The notes beneath the pieces are model-generated. The model saw nothing but the letters and a program-made list of their open reading frames with translations, had not been told where the DNA came from and did no database searches. Positions 37,394 to 46,784 of a stretch of DNA of 64,000 nt are shown in pieces; position 1 is the stretch's first letter, and each line of letters starts with the position of its first letter. Made by a program: the position numbers and the translations under genes. The DNA is from Candidatus Zhuqueibacterota bacterium (GTDB lineage Bacteria > Zhuqueibacterota > Zhuqueibacteria > Thermofontimicrobiales > Thermofontimicrobiaceae). The DNA is taken from assembly GCA_049322915.1 (NCBI GenBank), contig JBMOPW010000036.1, positions 96,001-160,000 of the forward strand, written 5' to 3'.

Positions 37394-38638
37394 CTACGGA
37401 GTAATCTCCACCGAAGCTTCATTGGAGTAATCCGAGAACAATCCTTCCTGAATATAAGCGCGCACGCGATAGTGGTAGGTGAAATTCCGCTGGACTGTGG
37501 AGTCGGAGTAGGCGGTTACGCTCATGCCCACTTTTCCGATTTCCGAGAAGACTCCAGCGGCGCCTATCTTTCGCTCGATTCGAGTTTCCACTTCGAAAAT
37601 GCTGTTATCGTTCCAGGTCAGATTGACGCGGTTATTCGTCGAGTCATAGCTTGCAACCAAATTGGACGGCGGGACGAGATCGATAGCAAGCGTGGTCACT
37701 GTCACCTCATTGGACCAGTCGGACTGACCGGTCTGACTGAGTGCGGCGATGCGGTAGGTGAATGCTGTGCTGGCATATAGATTTTCGTGGTCGTCGAATT
37801 GAATAGTGTTTGGCGACAACGTGGCAATCTGTGAAAATACCGAGCCGCTGGCAATTTTTCGTTCGATGATGAACGCCAGCTCATTGTCGGAATTGTCCTG
37901 CCAGAGCAACCGAATCCAGTTCGTACCAAACGATTTCGCCTGCACATTGGACGGCGCTTCGACCCGTGTAATCATGCCTTCTGTGTTCGCTTCTTCCGAT
38001 TCCGAATAACTGTATTTATTGAATGCCCTGATTTTGTAATAATAAACAATGTCAGACACCATGCCGGTATCGTTGGCGCTGATGCTGTTCGCCGGCAGCG
38101 TCTGCATGCTCGCGTAACTGTTGCTGTTATTTTTGCGCCAGACCTGAAATCCCAATTCATTATCGGAATTGTCCTGCCACTGCAAATTGATGATGGTCTC
38201 CGAAAGCTTGGTCAGTTCCAGGTTTGAAGGCGCATCGGGCGGCGTCATGTTCGGCTTCACAAAAATGCTGGTCATTGTCTCGCTGGTCGCTGAGTTCTCG
38301 CTTAAATCGTACGCAATCAAGTAATATGAAATGCGCGTATTGATGAAGCTGGTATCGACGTTTAAAAAGACAGCGGGCTTGGCTTCGTTCTCCTGTGGGT
38401 AATTTCGCGAAACAAACGTCTCATTCATGTATAATTCAACGGACTCGATTCCCCGGTCGTCTTCGGCTTTGAAACTTACTTCGGTTAAACCCGAAGAAAT
38501 CGTATCATTTAATGCCGGCCAGTAAACAGTGATCGTAGGCGCAGATTTATCCGGCGGCGGGCTGTCCGTTGGACTGACGCAGAAAAGAAAAAAAATCATG
38601 AACCAACCCATTGCACGAATCAGAAGATACCCGGCCAT
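37394..38638 (-). CDS. Secreted/lipoprotein with an Ig-like domain and three fibronectin type III repeats
   Basis: Repeated PSNL...W.DNS..E....IERK...Y.YRI.A motifs; hydrophobic N-terminus with Cys. Confidence 0.85.
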   Translation of the reverse strand: MAGYLLIRAMGWFMIFFLFCVSPTDSPPPDKSAPTITVYWPALNDTISSGLTEVSFKAEDDRGIESVELYMNETFVSRNYPQENEAKPAVFLNVDTSFINTRISYYLIAYDLSENSATSETMTSIFVKPNMTPPDAPSNLELTKLSETIINLQWQDNSDNELGFQVWRKNNSNSYASMQTLPANSISANDTGMVSDIVYYYKIRAFNKYSYSESEEANTEGMITRVEAPSNVQAKSFGTNWIRLLWQDNSDNELAFIIERKIASGSVFSQIATLSPNTIQFDDHENLYASTAFTYRIAALSQTGQSDWSNEVTVTTLAIDLVPPSNLVASYDSTNNRVNLTWNDNSIFEVETRIERKIGAAGVFSEIGKVGMSVTAYSDSTVQRNFTYHYRVRAYIQEGLFSDYSNEASVEITP

Positions 38639-38653
38639 CGTATTTTTCCTGAT

Positions 38654-40552
38654 TTAATTGATGACATTATCAAAATCGATAAACAGCGACAGACTTTCGC
38701 TGGCCTTTAGTTTTGGCAAATTGATAGTGAGCTTTTCCTGCGCCGTGTCGAAAATATGGTTGGGAATGACGGTTCCAATGATATCGGACGAAACAACTAC
38801 CCGCTCAACCATTTTATTGAATTCGACCTGAATGCTGCAATCGCGAATATCCGCCCGCCCGGCATTGGAAATTTCAAGTACAATCCGCCGGTTGCTCCTG
38901 ATTTCCTGGTGCACCTCCAGCGCGTTTTTTGAAACCCACCAATCACGCACCGCTTCCGGGGTGGTCAGCCAGATATTTTTCGAGCGGATATATTTTACTA
39001 GCTCGCGAACAACCGAAATGTATTCCGGCCGGCACTGATACTCCGGGTGAATCCGCAACATATACAGACCGCCCAAAAAATCAGTCGTGTTAACATCATC
39101 GATGTACGTTGCCAGTTGAAACGTCGAATCGGTTAAGCCATATTGTTGAATGATTTCGTAGTCATCGCGGGCGGTGCGATGAAACGAGACCACCGGCGCT
39201 TTTCCTTTTATGTGAACCTGGGGGATCGTCCGGTTGGCCGATGAATCAGCAACGACATATTCGTACCCGATGGAAATGAGCGCATGAATGCTGTTCTCGT
39301 CGAAGCCGCCGTAAAAGGGCATGGCGCCGCGGATATTCATGCCGGTGAAACCTTCAATCACTTCTTTTGCCCTGTTCAAATTCACGACCTGACTTTCGTA
39401 ATCATAGATTAAAATCGGCTGGGAAGGTTCGGACGTGAGAGAGCCAAAATCTGTAATCGTTCCCACATCTCCGTATTGCGGTAGTCTCCGTGTCTCAGCT
39501 TCGTATTTGCTGGCGGTGATGGGATCGATGAAAAATGTGATGGGAATGGAGTCCGACCGAACGATGTTCAACAGATTGGGGAGATTGGAAATGTCCCCGG
39601 TTAAAAATGGCGTTAAAATCGCCGCTGACGAATACAACGCCGGCCAGTCTTTGACAAGCACGGTCGGAACATGATTCAGCCAGCCCATTAAATTATCGAA
39701 CAGCCGCGCGAAATGGATGTGGTCGGATTGATCGCCTTTCACCGCGTCCATATCAAATCCCATCCAGACAAACTTGCCCTTGCCGTAACTTCCGAACACG
39801 ATCGCCGCAGCTTCGTCCATTGCAAAGCCGGATGTCTCCGAGTTGCGGGCAGGGCGGGTCCAATAGCTCACCTGCTCAGTGCGCGATTCCACCACTTTGC
39901 AGGCAATGGGTTGGTCCCAGGTGGCAATTTGCAGCGCATAGCCGGAAGGAATGCCGGTCGTCACAGGCAAACCGCCCTTGATTTTCAGTTTTCGAACCAC
40001 GTCTGATGCCGGAATTTCCGAAGTAAATTGCAGACCGAACACTTCAATAAAAAATTTCCAGCCGCGCCATTCTCCTTTTTCGTCGAACGATCCGGTGCTG
40101 GACGTCGCGATAATGCTCCCGCCGTTTTCAACAAAGCGCTTCAATTGAATGATTTCAATCGTGCTCATCGCCCTGGCTGCGGGTAGCACAATTGTCTTGA
40201 ATTTATAATGGTTGCCCTTTTCAATATCATGATCATCGATGACCGTACACTTCGAACCGCTGTTATGGATGAACCGTTTCCAGGTCGCCACGTTATCGGC
40301 AATCCATGAACTGCTATCCGGCAGCATTCGCTCGCTATAGCCGGAATGCAACGTTGCGATATTCTGACTTTGGGACTGAATGGCTTTTTTCAGATTTTGC
40401 TTTGTCGGAAGTATTTCGTCAATGGAATAGCGGCCATAGACGTGTTTGATAATGAACAAGTACGTCACAAGCGATAGGCTCAAAATCACCAATCCCGAAA
40501 GAGTGGTTGTCCAAAAGCCGATCGTCTTTGTTTTTTGCTGGATTTGTTTCAT
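38654..40552 (-). CDS. Membrane-anchored protein with a GATase-like (beta-galactosidase trimerisation-type) domain and a polysaccharide deacetylase-like domain
   Basis: N-terminal TM; IVLP...LKRFVENGG.IIAT; YGKGKFVW.GF; WP...ITFF...GGLY.L.IHP...IWLTTP..V.DWW. Confidence 0.65.
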   Translation of the reverse strand: MKQIQQKTKTIGFWTTTLSGLVILSLSLVTYLFIIKHVYGRYSIDEILPTKQNLKKAIQSQSQNIATLHSGYSERMLPDSSSWIADNVATWKRFIHNSGSKCTVIDDHDIEKGNHYKFKTIVLPAARAMSTIEIIQLKRFVENGGSIIATSSTGSFDEKGEWRGWKFFIEVFGLQFTSEIPASDVVRKLKIKGGLPVTTGIPSGYALQIATWDQPIACKVVESRTEQVSYWTRPARNSETSGFAMDEAAAIVFGSYGKGKFVWMGFDMDAVKGDQSDHIHFARLFDNLMGWLNHVPTVLVKDWPALYSSAAILTPFLTGDISNLPNLLNIVRSDSIPITFFIDPITASKYEAETRRLPQYGDVGTITDFGSLTSEPSQPILIYDYESQVVNLNRAKEVIEGFTGMNIRGAMPFYGGFDENSIHALISIGYEYVVADSSANRTIPQVHIKGKAPVVSFHRTARDDYEIIQQYGLTDSTFQLATYIDDVNTTDFLGGLYMLRIHPEYQCRPEYISVVRELVKYIRSKNIWLTTPEAVRDWWVSKNALEVHQEIRSNRRIVLEISNAGRADIRDCSIQVEFNKMVERVVVSSDIIGTVIPNHIFDTAQEKLTINLPKLKASESLSLFIDFDNVIN

Positions 40553-40581
40553 TGGGGATTAGAAATTCGTTCTTCGATCAT

Positions 40582-40926
40582 TTAATTTTTTCTATTCTGA
40601 TTTGGGCCTTTGACAGGCAAGTAGCCTTTTGATGTGTAACGCAAATACCGCGTTTCCGTCTCCGGCACTTTCTCCTCAGCGCCTTCGGAATGTTCTTTCT
40701 CCCCTTCCACCGACTTTTCATTTTTCTTGTCTATGGATGCTGCCGGTTTCAATGCCTCCGGGGTGACATATTCCGCCTGAAAAGCCTGCTTCGTATGGGC
40801 AGCCGCTCCCTTGCCCCGGCTCTCGCGAATTTTGAACATGACGTAGGCGCCGAATGCAAATACGAATGTCGATACTGTTGCCACGAGCACAATGAACGCT
40901 AAAATAGGAATTATTTCCATCTTCAT
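40582..40926 (-). CDS. Small single-TM membrane protein
   Basis: One long hydrophobic helix and a charged tail, directly after the GT2 gene. Confidence 0.7.
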   Translation of the reverse strand: MKMEIIPILAFIVLVATVSTFVFAFGAYVMFKIRESRGKGAAAHTKQAFQAEYVTPEALKPAASIDKKNEKSVEGEKEHSEGAEEKVPETETRYLRYTSKGYLPVKGPNQNRKN

Positions 40927-40935
40927 TCTCCAGAA

Positions 40936-42339
40936 TTATTTTGCTGATAAACCGATTCTTTCCAACTTGCCCCAGGTCATGTCGAATCCCAAAAATTCTT
41001 CGATGGTTGCCGCGACTTTTGTGATATCAATGGTCAGCACAAAAAAGAGCCGATAGAAAATCGCGTATGGAATGAGCTTCAGATCTTCCTTGTCGGCCGC
41101 CACGCAGTAAATCGCCGCCATGATGTCCAGCAACGCAATGCTCAGCCACCAGAGTGGAATCAGTGTCGTCATGCCGTAAAATATAGCCACAAAAATAAAA
41201 AACAGGTTGGCGAAAATATTCATCGCCGGCCAGATAATGGCGTCGTAAAACATGTTCCACAATACCAGACTGTTCAGCAGATGCTTCCTCGGGTGAAACA
41301 AACGCTGACGGTGCTTGGTCAACGATTGTAACAATCCGCGCGTCCATCGGTAGCGTTGCTTGAGCAATTGATAAATGGATTCCGGCGCTTCGGTATAGGC
41401 CACGGCTTTGGGTTCGTACACAATGTGCCAGCCAGCCTGCCGAATTTTGAGGGTCAAATCGGCGTCCTCTGCGTATGTATCGCTGGAATACCAGCCGGCA
41501 TCGATAATTGCCTGCTTACGGAAAATGCCTATAGGCCCGGGGATGATATTCACCATTCTCAGATAGCTCTGCGACGAACGAACCATATTCAAACCTTCAA
41601 CATATTCCAAAGACTGAAGATTGGTCAGTAATTTATAATCGTTCAATACCTTTACCTTGCCGGCGACAGCGCCGACAGTGGGATCGGCGAAATATTTCGC
41701 CCCGATCCTCAGCGTCGTCGGCGACAGCGTGGAATCGCCGTCCATGCACAGGACGAAATCCGCACTGGAAAAATGAATGCCGGCATTGAGCGCGCTGGAT
41801 TTCCCGCCGTTCTCTTTGTTGATGAGCGAAACGCGGACCGTGGCATGTTTGCCCGGGTGCAGACCGACTAATTTTTCCGCCACTTCGTGAGTTTTGTCCG
41901 TTGACCCATCGTTCACAATAATGATTTCATAATTGGGGTAATCCTGGGTCAGCAACGATTTCACCGAATCCTCAATGACCTTTTCTTCATTGTAAGCCGG
42001 AACGATTATGGAAATGAACGGGAAAAAATCGCTTTTATCCCGGGCTGAATATTTCGCGAAGAATAAAAAGCTGGCCACCAGCGTTACAAAATAGCGTATC
42101 AGCAACAGTGCAAGGAAAAACAGGAGAGCGAAAATCGAAGCGTTGACGATGAGGCCGCTCATGGACAGGCGCGTGAGTGGCATTGTGAAATAGATGGCGG
42201 CAATTAAAAACATGGAGGCAATGGCGGATGAGGCGATGACACCTAACAACGTGGCCTCGCGGTCTTTGGGAATTGCCCGCTGTTCCATATTGGGAATGAC
42301 AGCCTGTTTTCTGAACAGGTTTGGTTCTTTCTCCATCAT
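40936..42339 (-). CDS. Processive GT2 glycosyltransferase (PgaC/IcaA-like polysaccharide synthase)
   Basis: VPAYNE, NDGSTD, GGKSSALN, MDGD, AED, QRYRW; N- and C-terminal TMs. Confidence 0.92.
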   Translation of the reverse strand: MMEKEPNLFRKQAVIPNMEQRAIPKDREATLLGVIASSAIASMFLIAAIYFTMPLTRLSMSGLIVNASIFALLFFLALLLIRYFVTLVASFLFFAKYSARDKSDFFPFISIIVPAYNEEKVIEDSVKSLLTQDYPNYEIIIVNDGSTDKTHEVAEKLVGLHPGKHATVRVSLINKENGGKSSALNAGIHFSSADFVLCMDGDSTLSPTTLRIGAKYFADPTVGAVAGKVKVLNDYKLLTNLQSLEYVEGLNMVRSSQSYLRMVNIIPGPIGIFRKQAIIDAGWYSSDTYAEDADLTLKIRQAGWHIVYEPKAVAYTEAPESIYQLLKQRYRWTRGLLQSLTKHRQRLFHPRKHLLNSLVLWNMFYDAIIWPAMNIFANLFFIFVAIFYGMTTLIPLWWLSIALLDIMAAIYCVAADKEDLKLIPYAIFYRLFFVLTIDITKVAATIEEFLGFDMTWGKLERIGLSAK

Positions 42340-42388
42340 GACTTTTTCAATCCCAGGATAATATTGACTGCAGATCCTTCAACTCCAA

Positions 42389-45277
42389 TTAAAAAAGACT
42401 CCAGTAGGCCGAGAATGAACCGGAAAAATAATTATAACTGGAATCAAAACGAAACGAGCTGCCTGCGCTCAACTGCGCGTTTATCACCAGCCGTTTTGCC
42501 GGCTGATATTTGACTGCGACATCGAATTGCCGGAGAATGATATCCAGCGCCGGCAAATACCCGACTTTCCCACTGAAGCGAATGTCCATTTTTTCGGTAA
42601 GCGTCGGCTGCCAATCCGTCCACAGAGAATGGGAATCGAGATTTTGAGGCGAATAATACAATCCCTGGGAACCGCCGCTGTTCGGCAAAGGCGGCGCAAG
42701 GTATTTGTAATTCAGGTATTGCGTCTCGTAACCGAAGGTCAGCGTTTTGAACATTCCTTTGCCAATTCGTGCCAGCACATCATTGCCTTTGTTGCCGTCG
42801 GAAATGGACAAATAGCTGAAATGCCCGGCTAAAATAATCTTTGAATCACTTTGATATTTGCCAGTGAATTTATAGAAATCAACATCGAAGCGCCGATCCA
42901 TCAAAAACGGTGAATACAAAATGAGCGCACCGTCGGTGTTTTCATAATACAAAGAGGCTGTCAGAGATTCATCCATTTTTATATTGAGCGAAGCGTCATA
43001 TACCGAACGGCCGGTTTCATTGGCAGTATTGAGAACGCCGTAACCGCTGTTCAGCGACAGTTGCTCCGAAAACTTCAGAATCAGCCTGCCTTTCAAGGTG
43101 TTGAATTTTCGGTTTTGATCTTCAGAATTGACCGTCGCCTGAATCAACGATACTGCCGTCGTTAAAAACGGGAATAATCCGACATGAAAACTGCCGCCCA
43201 CGTGCTGAATTTGAAAATGCTGATTATCCGAATAATAGCTCGCTATCGGATTCAAGCCAAGATGGTTGGGTATTTGAGAGAGCAGTTTCGCGGCGCCCGA
43301 TTTTGGCAAATAGCTGAAACGCGTTTTCACCATCGCCTTCTGTTCTGAATTCAAATCCTGCGCTGACAAGTCCTTATATATTTCGCGAGCCCGGTCGTAT
43401 TCTTTCAGGCGCAATAAGGTATCGCCATAGAATAATCGGCACTCAAAATGATCCGGCTTCTGCTGGCAGAGCTGCTCGAATTCGAATCTGGCGCGATCCA
43501 GTTCCTCGTTCCAGAGCAAGGCTTTCGCACGGCGCACGGCGATGTTGAAATCAAACTCTTCATTGAGCAGCGCATCATAAATGCTGATCGCCTTTCCCAA
43601 ATTCTTCATGCTGATATTCAATTCAGCATATTCCACCTGGACCGAACGTGGGGGATGGATCACCCGGTCAAAATAGGAATCGAATTTTTCCAGCGCCTCG
43701 TCATATTTTTGTTGCGCGATGAGTTCCCGTCCCTGCTGCAAGATGGTGAAAACCTTTCGCTGCGAAGCTGCCTGCACTTCGGTTTGATAATATTTTTCAA
43801 CCGGCGCTATCTCCCTGTTTTCCGGATCGACGGCTTTGGCCAAGAGCAAATATTCATTGGCCCGATCGAGTTCCTGCCTGGCAATGTGCAACGAACTGAG
43901 CGTGAGTATGGCGATTACATTCCGCGGTTGATGATTATGGACGTTTTCCAAATACTTCTGCGCTGCGGTCAGGTCTTTATTCGACCACACCAGTGTCTGT
44001 CCCAGGAGCAGTTGATAATCAAGATTATCCGGATCGCTGACAATCAATTCGTGCAACACCCTTTGCGCGGTTTCCAGTTGGCCGTACCAGGCGCAGTGCT
44101 GGGCATAACGAAAAGCCATGTTCGGATCGGATTCCATTGATACGGTGTTAAAATAGGTCGCCATAATTTTGATGGCATTTTCGTGAGCGCCCACATTGTT
44201 ATAAAATGTGCTCAACTTCATCACCACGTTTGCATTGGATGGATCTGCCTCAAATTTCCCGTAATAGTCAGTGATGAGGATTTGATACACACTGTCTTTC
44301 AGCGATTTGACTAGTGGCAATCCGGCGGAACCGCTGTGTTTTTCGTAAAGTTCAATGTGACCAGCCGCTTGTTCAAACTGCCGCTGATTCATCAATTCGC
44401 GAATGAGCTTCCATCTGACCTTATTGTTTTCAGGATTCGTTCTCAACTCCTCTAAGTACCGCTCTGTTTCAGACTTATTCGGGACTGAAGCCGGCTGTCC
44501 ATCACATTGATAATTTGAAGCGGCAGCATTTGCCTTTCGAGGTCCTCCTTTTGCCAGTTCCAATCCATCCTGGGCTTCTTTATAAAATGGTTTCAGTTCC
44601 AGCGCCCGTTCGAATGTTTGAATGGCCTGTGAATATTTCCCCAGCCACATTAAAAAATAGCCGTAGCGACTGATCAGCGTGTAATCGTTGGGGAATCGGT
44701 TCACAAATTTTAGCAGGATTTCTTCGCCTTTTTTTAGTTGATTATTATTCGCCAGAATTTCGGCGTAGCGAATCACTTTTTCTGAACTGACATCCGTCAT
44801 TTCAAAGTATTTGCCATACCAGTTTTCTGCTTCGTCCCACTGATCCAGTTCTTCATAGCATTGACCAATCGCGTAATAATTCTGAGACAGCTTCGGATTG
44901 ATCATCAATTCGCGCTTATAATTTTCAATTTTTTTCAGGATGATCTGCTCATGCTGAGACTGCGTGCGGATTAAATTCTGTTTATAACTTTCATTGGGCG
45001 GGTCAAGTTTTACAGCCTGTCGAAAATCAATCACTGCATAACGATATTGCGAGCGTTTTTCATAACAGAGCCCCCGCAGATTGAAGGCGTCCGCCATTTC
45101 CGGGTATTGGGAGATCAATTCGCTCAGAATAGAAATCGCTTCGCCAAATCGCCCTGCTGAAATATGTTTGGATGCTTCGTGCTTCAATGAATTCGGACTC
45201 GTCTGCGCATAAATCCCATTGATCAGCCCGCACATGCATAAAAAAACGATGGCATATTTTATTTTCATTGTTCTCAT
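42389..45277 (-). CDS. TPR-repeat protein with a C-terminal outer-membrane beta-barrel (PgaA/BcsC-like exporter)
   Basis: Signal peptide, many TPR-like repeats, amphipathic beta-strand-rich C-terminus ending ...SFSAYWSLF. Confidence 0.75.
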   Translation of the reverse strand: MRTMKIKYAIVFLCMCGLINGIYAQTSPNSLKHEASKHISAGRFGEAISILSELISQYPEMADAFNLRGLCYEKRSQYRYAVIDFRQAVKLDPPNESYKQNLIRTQSQHEQIILKKIENYKRELMINPKLSQNYYAIGQCYEELDQWDEAENWYGKYFEMTDVSSEKVIRYAEILANNNQLKKGEEILLKFVNRFPNDYTLISRYGYFLMWLGKYSQAIQTFERALELKPFYKEAQDGLELAKGGPRKANAAASNYQCDGQPASVPNKSETERYLEELRTNPENNKVRWKLIRELMNQRQFEQAAGHIELYEKHSGSAGLPLVKSLKDSVYQILITDYYGKFEADPSNANVVMKLSTFYNNVGAHENAIKIMATYFNTVSMESDPNMAFRYAQHCAWYGQLETAQRVLHELIVSDPDNLDYQLLLGQTLVWSNKDLTAAQKYLENVHNHQPRNVIAILTLSSLHIARQELDRANEYLLLAKAVDPENREIAPVEKYYQTEVQAASQRKVFTILQQGRELIAQQKYDEALEKFDSYFDRVIHPPRSVQVEYAELNISMKNLGKAISIYDALLNEEFDFNIAVRRAKALLWNEELDRARFEFEQLCQQKPDHFECRLFYGDTLLRLKEYDRAREIYKDLSAQDLNSEQKAMVKTRFSYLPKSGAAKLLSQIPNHLGLNPIASYYSDNQHFQIQHVGGSFHVGLFPFLTTAVSLIQATVNSEDQNRKFNTLKGRLILKFSEQLSLNSGYGVLNTANETGRSVYDASLNIKMDESLTASLYYENTDGALILYSPFLMDRRFDVDFYKFTGKYQSDSKIILAGHFSYLSISDGNKGNDVLARIGKGMFKTLTFGYETQYLNYKYLAPPLPNSGGSQGLYYSPQNLDSHSLWTDWQPTLTEKMDIRFSGKVGYLPALDIILRQFDVAVKYQPAKRLVINAQLSAGSSFRFDSSYNYFSGSFSAYWSLF

Positions 45278-45581
45278 ATCGTTAATAAAGAATGGAGTGT
45301 GTGAATATAGTATTGATTCGGCATAATAAGTAAAATCATTAGCTTGTCGGTTTCATTTCAGCCGAAAAACGAAAGGAGGAGGAAATCTTCAGATTGAAAA
45401 AATGCAGGGACAAGGGAGTTAAGCCTGATGATGGATTTACCGCTAATATAACAGCTTAAAAGTCTTGGGTACCGAGGAGCAGGGTGATTCAAAAATATTA
45501 AATTCGCAGAATTTTAAAAAGAGACATGTATTGAACGAGGGCAGAGAAGGAAAGCCAGCAATGGCATAACTGAATGAATCA

Positions 45582-46325
45582 TTATGCCACTGATGCGATT
45601 TTGATTTCCTGGTTGATTGAAGTCGAAGCCGTTTCATCATAGTTATTTGGGAAATAGGTGGCTTGATCACAACGATCGAAATCGGATACAACTCTCATTC
45701 GGTTGTTCGGTTTAGTAACGTTGGAATTGGATATCCTTTTGTCAAGTTGAATATTCCCAGTTGCAATGTTTTGCAATTGTTTTTGGAGACTGGCATTGTC
45801 GGAATCAGACTGGTCCTGAATAATAAATATGCTGGTGATGAGCATGTCTTCCAGACTTTCAATAATTTCAGTGAAAACGTCTACGAACAGATCTTTATCA
45901 TTGAAATCCATGTACGGGGTCAGTTCATCAAAAATGATATTGGAAGGATTGAATTCATTCACAGCGTTCAAAAGATCATAAAGGAACTCTGACAAGAGCG
46001 AATCGCGATCCTGGCCATTTTCTTCCATCCGCAACGGGGCTGTGCGCAGGATGATCAATTTATTTTCATCGATCAACGGTTGAATTTCCATTCCTTGCGC
46101 ATGCGCTGCCACAATAAGTTTTCTCGGGCGTATTTCCGTAAAATACAAAGTTACCTCACCTTGCAAGGCAGCGTTGTAGGCATATTGTAATGCCAAAGTC
46201 GTTCTACCTGATTTTGAAGGACCGTTTACGATATAGGTGCTACCATTATAAAAACCACCCCATTTGTTATCGATCAAGTCAATCCCTGTTGTCTTCAATG
46301 TCACTGTCTTGTTCATCATATTCAC
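45582..46325 (-). CDS. KaiC/RAD55-family single-domain ATPase
   Basis: TGIDLID..WGG, variant Walker A GPSKSGRT, Walker B IIFDEL. Confidence 0.8.
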   Translation of the reverse strand: MNMMNKTVTLKTTGIDLIDNKWGGFYNGSTYIVNGPSKSGRTTLALQYAYNAALQGEVTLYFTEIRPRKLIVAAHAQGMEIQPLIDENKLIILRTAPLRMEENGQDRDSLLSEFLYDLLNAVNEFNPSNIIFDELTPYMDFNDKDLFVDVFTEIIESLEDMLITSIFIIQDQSDSDNASLQKQLQNIATGNIQLDKRISNSNVTKPNNRMRVVSDFDRCDQATYFPNNYDETASTSINQEIKIASVA

Positions 46326-46784
46326 TCTGCCCTTTATGTAAGATTTATTATTATTGTTTTGCTACTTCAAAGACATAAATCATGCCAAATTTTATTTCCA
46401 TCATTATCCACTTGGAATATTATGATTTACAAGCTCGACTGAATAATTGCTATACCAAGAATTTCCATTTCTAAATTTCTATTTGAGAAAAATTTCTCAT
46501 TTTGAGAATGGACACGGATTTTTGGTAAGAACTCATTTCCGATTCAGTCAAGATATTTTTCTGCAGCATTGATTTGTCAAGGATCGGTTGAACAATGATA
46601 CCAGAATAGACCTTAACCACATTGACTGGAAACAACTCAATATCGGTTTTCCAGAAAGCTACATAACGCTGAAAGTTCTTCATGCTCAGGGAGCACGTGC
46701 AGAGAAAATATCGCTGCCGAATCAATAAAATTGACATCCCCAAGCTTTTTCTCCACAAATGCCTCCCACGTTGCGATGGGAGAA

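Noticed and set aside
46373..46387. Sigma54-like site (TGGCAT-N5-ATGT, minus strand) upstream of the KaiC-like gene
   Set aside because: The -12 element lacks the conserved GC; too weak to call
46471..46758. 95-aa minus-strand ORF after the four-gene unit
   Set aside because: No RBS or recognisable motif; at most a decayed fragment
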